IMG/VR virus record: IMGVR_UViG_2693429621_000011
Origin: a virus
Taxonomy: Duplodnaviria; Heunggongvirae; Uroviricota; Caudoviricetes
Direction: 5' to 3' (one strand)
DNA length: 8,825 nucleotides
Every line of letters starts with the position of its first letter. Position 1 is the stretch's first letter. Of the stretch, positions 7,807-8,825 are shown piece after piece. The notes under the pieces were generated by a model, which made no database searches, was not told the DNA's origin, and saw only the letters and a list, made by a program, of their open reading frames with translations. The position numbers and the translations under genes were made by a program.

Positions 7807-8112
7807 ATGTCCAGGAGTTCTGTTAACAATAAGTCACAGCAACTGAATGCCAGATTTCCACATGAAGTAGTGAGTGGCATTGAGGCATCCCTACAGCCAG
7901 GGGAAACTAAAGCGAATTTTATAGTTACGGCTGTACGCGGTGAGATCGCCAGGCGCCAGGCAGAAGGAAGTGGAGAAAATCCCCTTGTGTCTTCACTGGA
8001 TGCCCTAGCTAATGTCGAACAAATCGGCATCAAGGCAGCGGAGGAAATCGGGCAGCTTATCACCGTTGCACGCGAAGAACTCCAGCGCCGCAAGGCCAAA
8101 GAATCAGAATAA
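7807..8112 (+). CDS. Putative ribbon-helix-helix DNA-binding regulator (resembles YlcI/YnfO-like prophage proteins), 101 aa
   Basis: ORF 7660..8112; best start is ATG 7807 with SD GGGAGGTG 7 nt upstream; N-terminal pattern NARFPHEVVSGIEASL...ANFIVTAVRGEIARR fits a beta-strand/helix/helix (RHH) DNA-binding fold; acidic C-terminal tail. Confidence 0.6.
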   Translation: MSRSSVNNKSQQLNARFPHEVVSGIEASLQPGETKANFIVTAVRGEIARRQAEGSGENPLVSSLDALANVEQIGIKAAEEIGQLITVAREELQRRKAKESE

Positions 8113-8169
8113 TCACTATCAGCGCCGTGGTGTGAGGAACTCCGGCGCATTGCTTTACAGGCGCACACA

Positions 8170-8346
8170 ATGACCAACGAAGAATCAACCAAAAAAACAT
8201 CACCTGCACGAAAAAGACGACGCAGAAAGAAAGAGCATGAATCAGAACGATTCGCGCCGTGTTCTTTTGCCCTTGAGAAGTACCTTAAAGAATACTCATC
8301 AAAGGAGAGAGCTTCGCAGTTATGGCAACGCACTGAAACAGACTGA
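8170..8346 (+). CDS. Possible small basic protein (58 aa); the frame is ambiguous, with an alternative 50-aa ORF in the +1 frame at 8237..8389
   Basis: ATG at 8170 with Arg/Lys-rich N-terminus (KKTSPARKRRRRKK); no convincing SD; below the length cutoff of the supplied ORF track. Confidence 0.2.
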   Translation: MTNEESTKKTSPARKRRRRKKEHESERFAPCSFALEKYLKEYSSKERASQLWQRTETD

Positions 8347-8410
8347 TAGCATTGCCCACCAGCCTGATAGCGGCTATCATTGACATGCTTATGTTTAGTG
8401 TTTCCAAACT

Positions 8411-8438
8411 GGCGACCGCCCCAGGTCGCCTTTGTTTT
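8411..8438 (+). terminator. Rho-independent terminator: stem GGCGACC/GGTCGCC (8411-8417 / 8424-8430), loop GCCCCA, then TTTGTTTT
   Basis: Perfect 7-bp GC-rich stem followed by a T-run; ends the rightward RHH transcription unit just before the convergent alpA-like gene. Confidence 0.65.
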
Positions 8439-8457
8439 ATGTGTCATATGCTCCCCT

Positions 8458-8667
8458 TTACACTGCCTTACCTGAATTAATGCGATCCCGGCTTTTAACC
8501 CATTCCATAACCTCGGACAGCAGCCACCCTACAGAACGACCGCCCAGATTAAGACGTGACGGAAAGCGCCCTTTTTTCTCCAGTTCGTAACGTGTAGTGC
8601 GGCACACTCCAGTTAACTTACGACATTCATCCTCACGGATTACGCGATCTTCATTTATTTCACGCAT
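8458..8667 (-). CDS. alpA: AlpA-family prophage transcriptional regulator / excisionase-like helix-turn-helix protein, ~69 aa
   Basis: ORF 8458..8754 begins with a GTG that abuts its own SD-like AAGAGG, so the internal ATG at 8667 is preferred; core VIREDECRKLTGVCRTTRYELEKKGRFPSRLNLGGRSVGWLLSEVMEWV matches the AlpA/Vis-type pattern (..TG.SR.T.Y.....G.FP....LG.R.VGW...E...W). Confidence 0.65.
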   Translation of the reverse strand: MREINEDRVIREDECRKLTGVCRTTRYELEKKGRFPSRLNLGGRSVGWLLSEVMEWVKSRDRINSGKAV

Positions 8668-8825
8668 ACAAAAACCTACATAAAAATTACGTATATAAAC
8701 TTTTCTCTTAGCTGTAGATATATGAGATCGGATATTACTTAGATTCTTTTTCACCTCTTAAATTAAAAACACAACCATGCTGGTAATGACTCCAACTTAT
8801 TGATAGTGTTTTATGTTCAGATAAT

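Larger units (their letters stand above)
5280..8825. mobile_element. Partial P4-like satellite / phage-inducible chromosomal-island-like element (replication and regulation module); left junction inside ycaI, right end beyond the window
   Basis: Gene content (AlpA-family regulator, RHH regulator, primase/helicase-like P-loop protein with small coupled upstream genes), abrupt end of the ycaI frame, absence of core genes to the right. Confidence 0.55.

Noticed and set aside
7632-8447. 271-aa ORF on the minus strand starting just downstream of the alpA-like gene
   Set aside because: Runs antisense through the RHH gene, which has a strong SD and a recognisable fold; the translation is Ser/Cys/Arg-rich and low in complexity; it crosses a + strand terminator.
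141-8754. Extended N-terminal starts given by the ORF track at 141, 4142, 6808, 7458, 7660 and 8754
   Set aside because: Each longer start is a GTG or a poorly placed ATG without a properly spaced SD, whereas an internal ATG with a good SD (165, 4220, 6793, 7416, 7807) gives the expected protein length or signal peptide; 8667 for the alpA-like gene is preferred on protein length, as its SD is weak.
1-8825. CRISPR arrays, tRNA or tmRNA genes, IS elements or terminal inverted repeats
   Set aside because: No regularly spaced direct repeats, no cloverleaf-compatible tRNA-like segments at the element boundary, and no transposase-like ORF were found; the only repeats are the short regulatory motifs described above.

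Overview
The first ~5.3 kb is a conserved Escherichia coli-type chromosomal block, ycaL-cmk-rpsA-ihfB-ycaI, all on the + strand with recognisable terminators and a near-consensus ihfB promoter. The ComEC-family gene ycaI stops prematurely at about codon 355-372, near position 5280-5335. From there to the end of the window lies accessory DNA that looks like the replication and regulation module of a P4-like satellite or phage-inducible island. It carries a leftward operon of two small unknown genes tightly packed upstream of a primase/helicase-like gene with a P-loop, a ~390 bp divergent control region with a 10-bp motif present three times, a rightward ribbon-helix-helix-like gene, and a leftward AlpA-family regulator. 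No integrase, attachment site, tRNA, CRISPR array or IS element is visible, so the element continues beyond the right edge or is a remnant. All family assignments are from reading the translations by eye; no database search was run.
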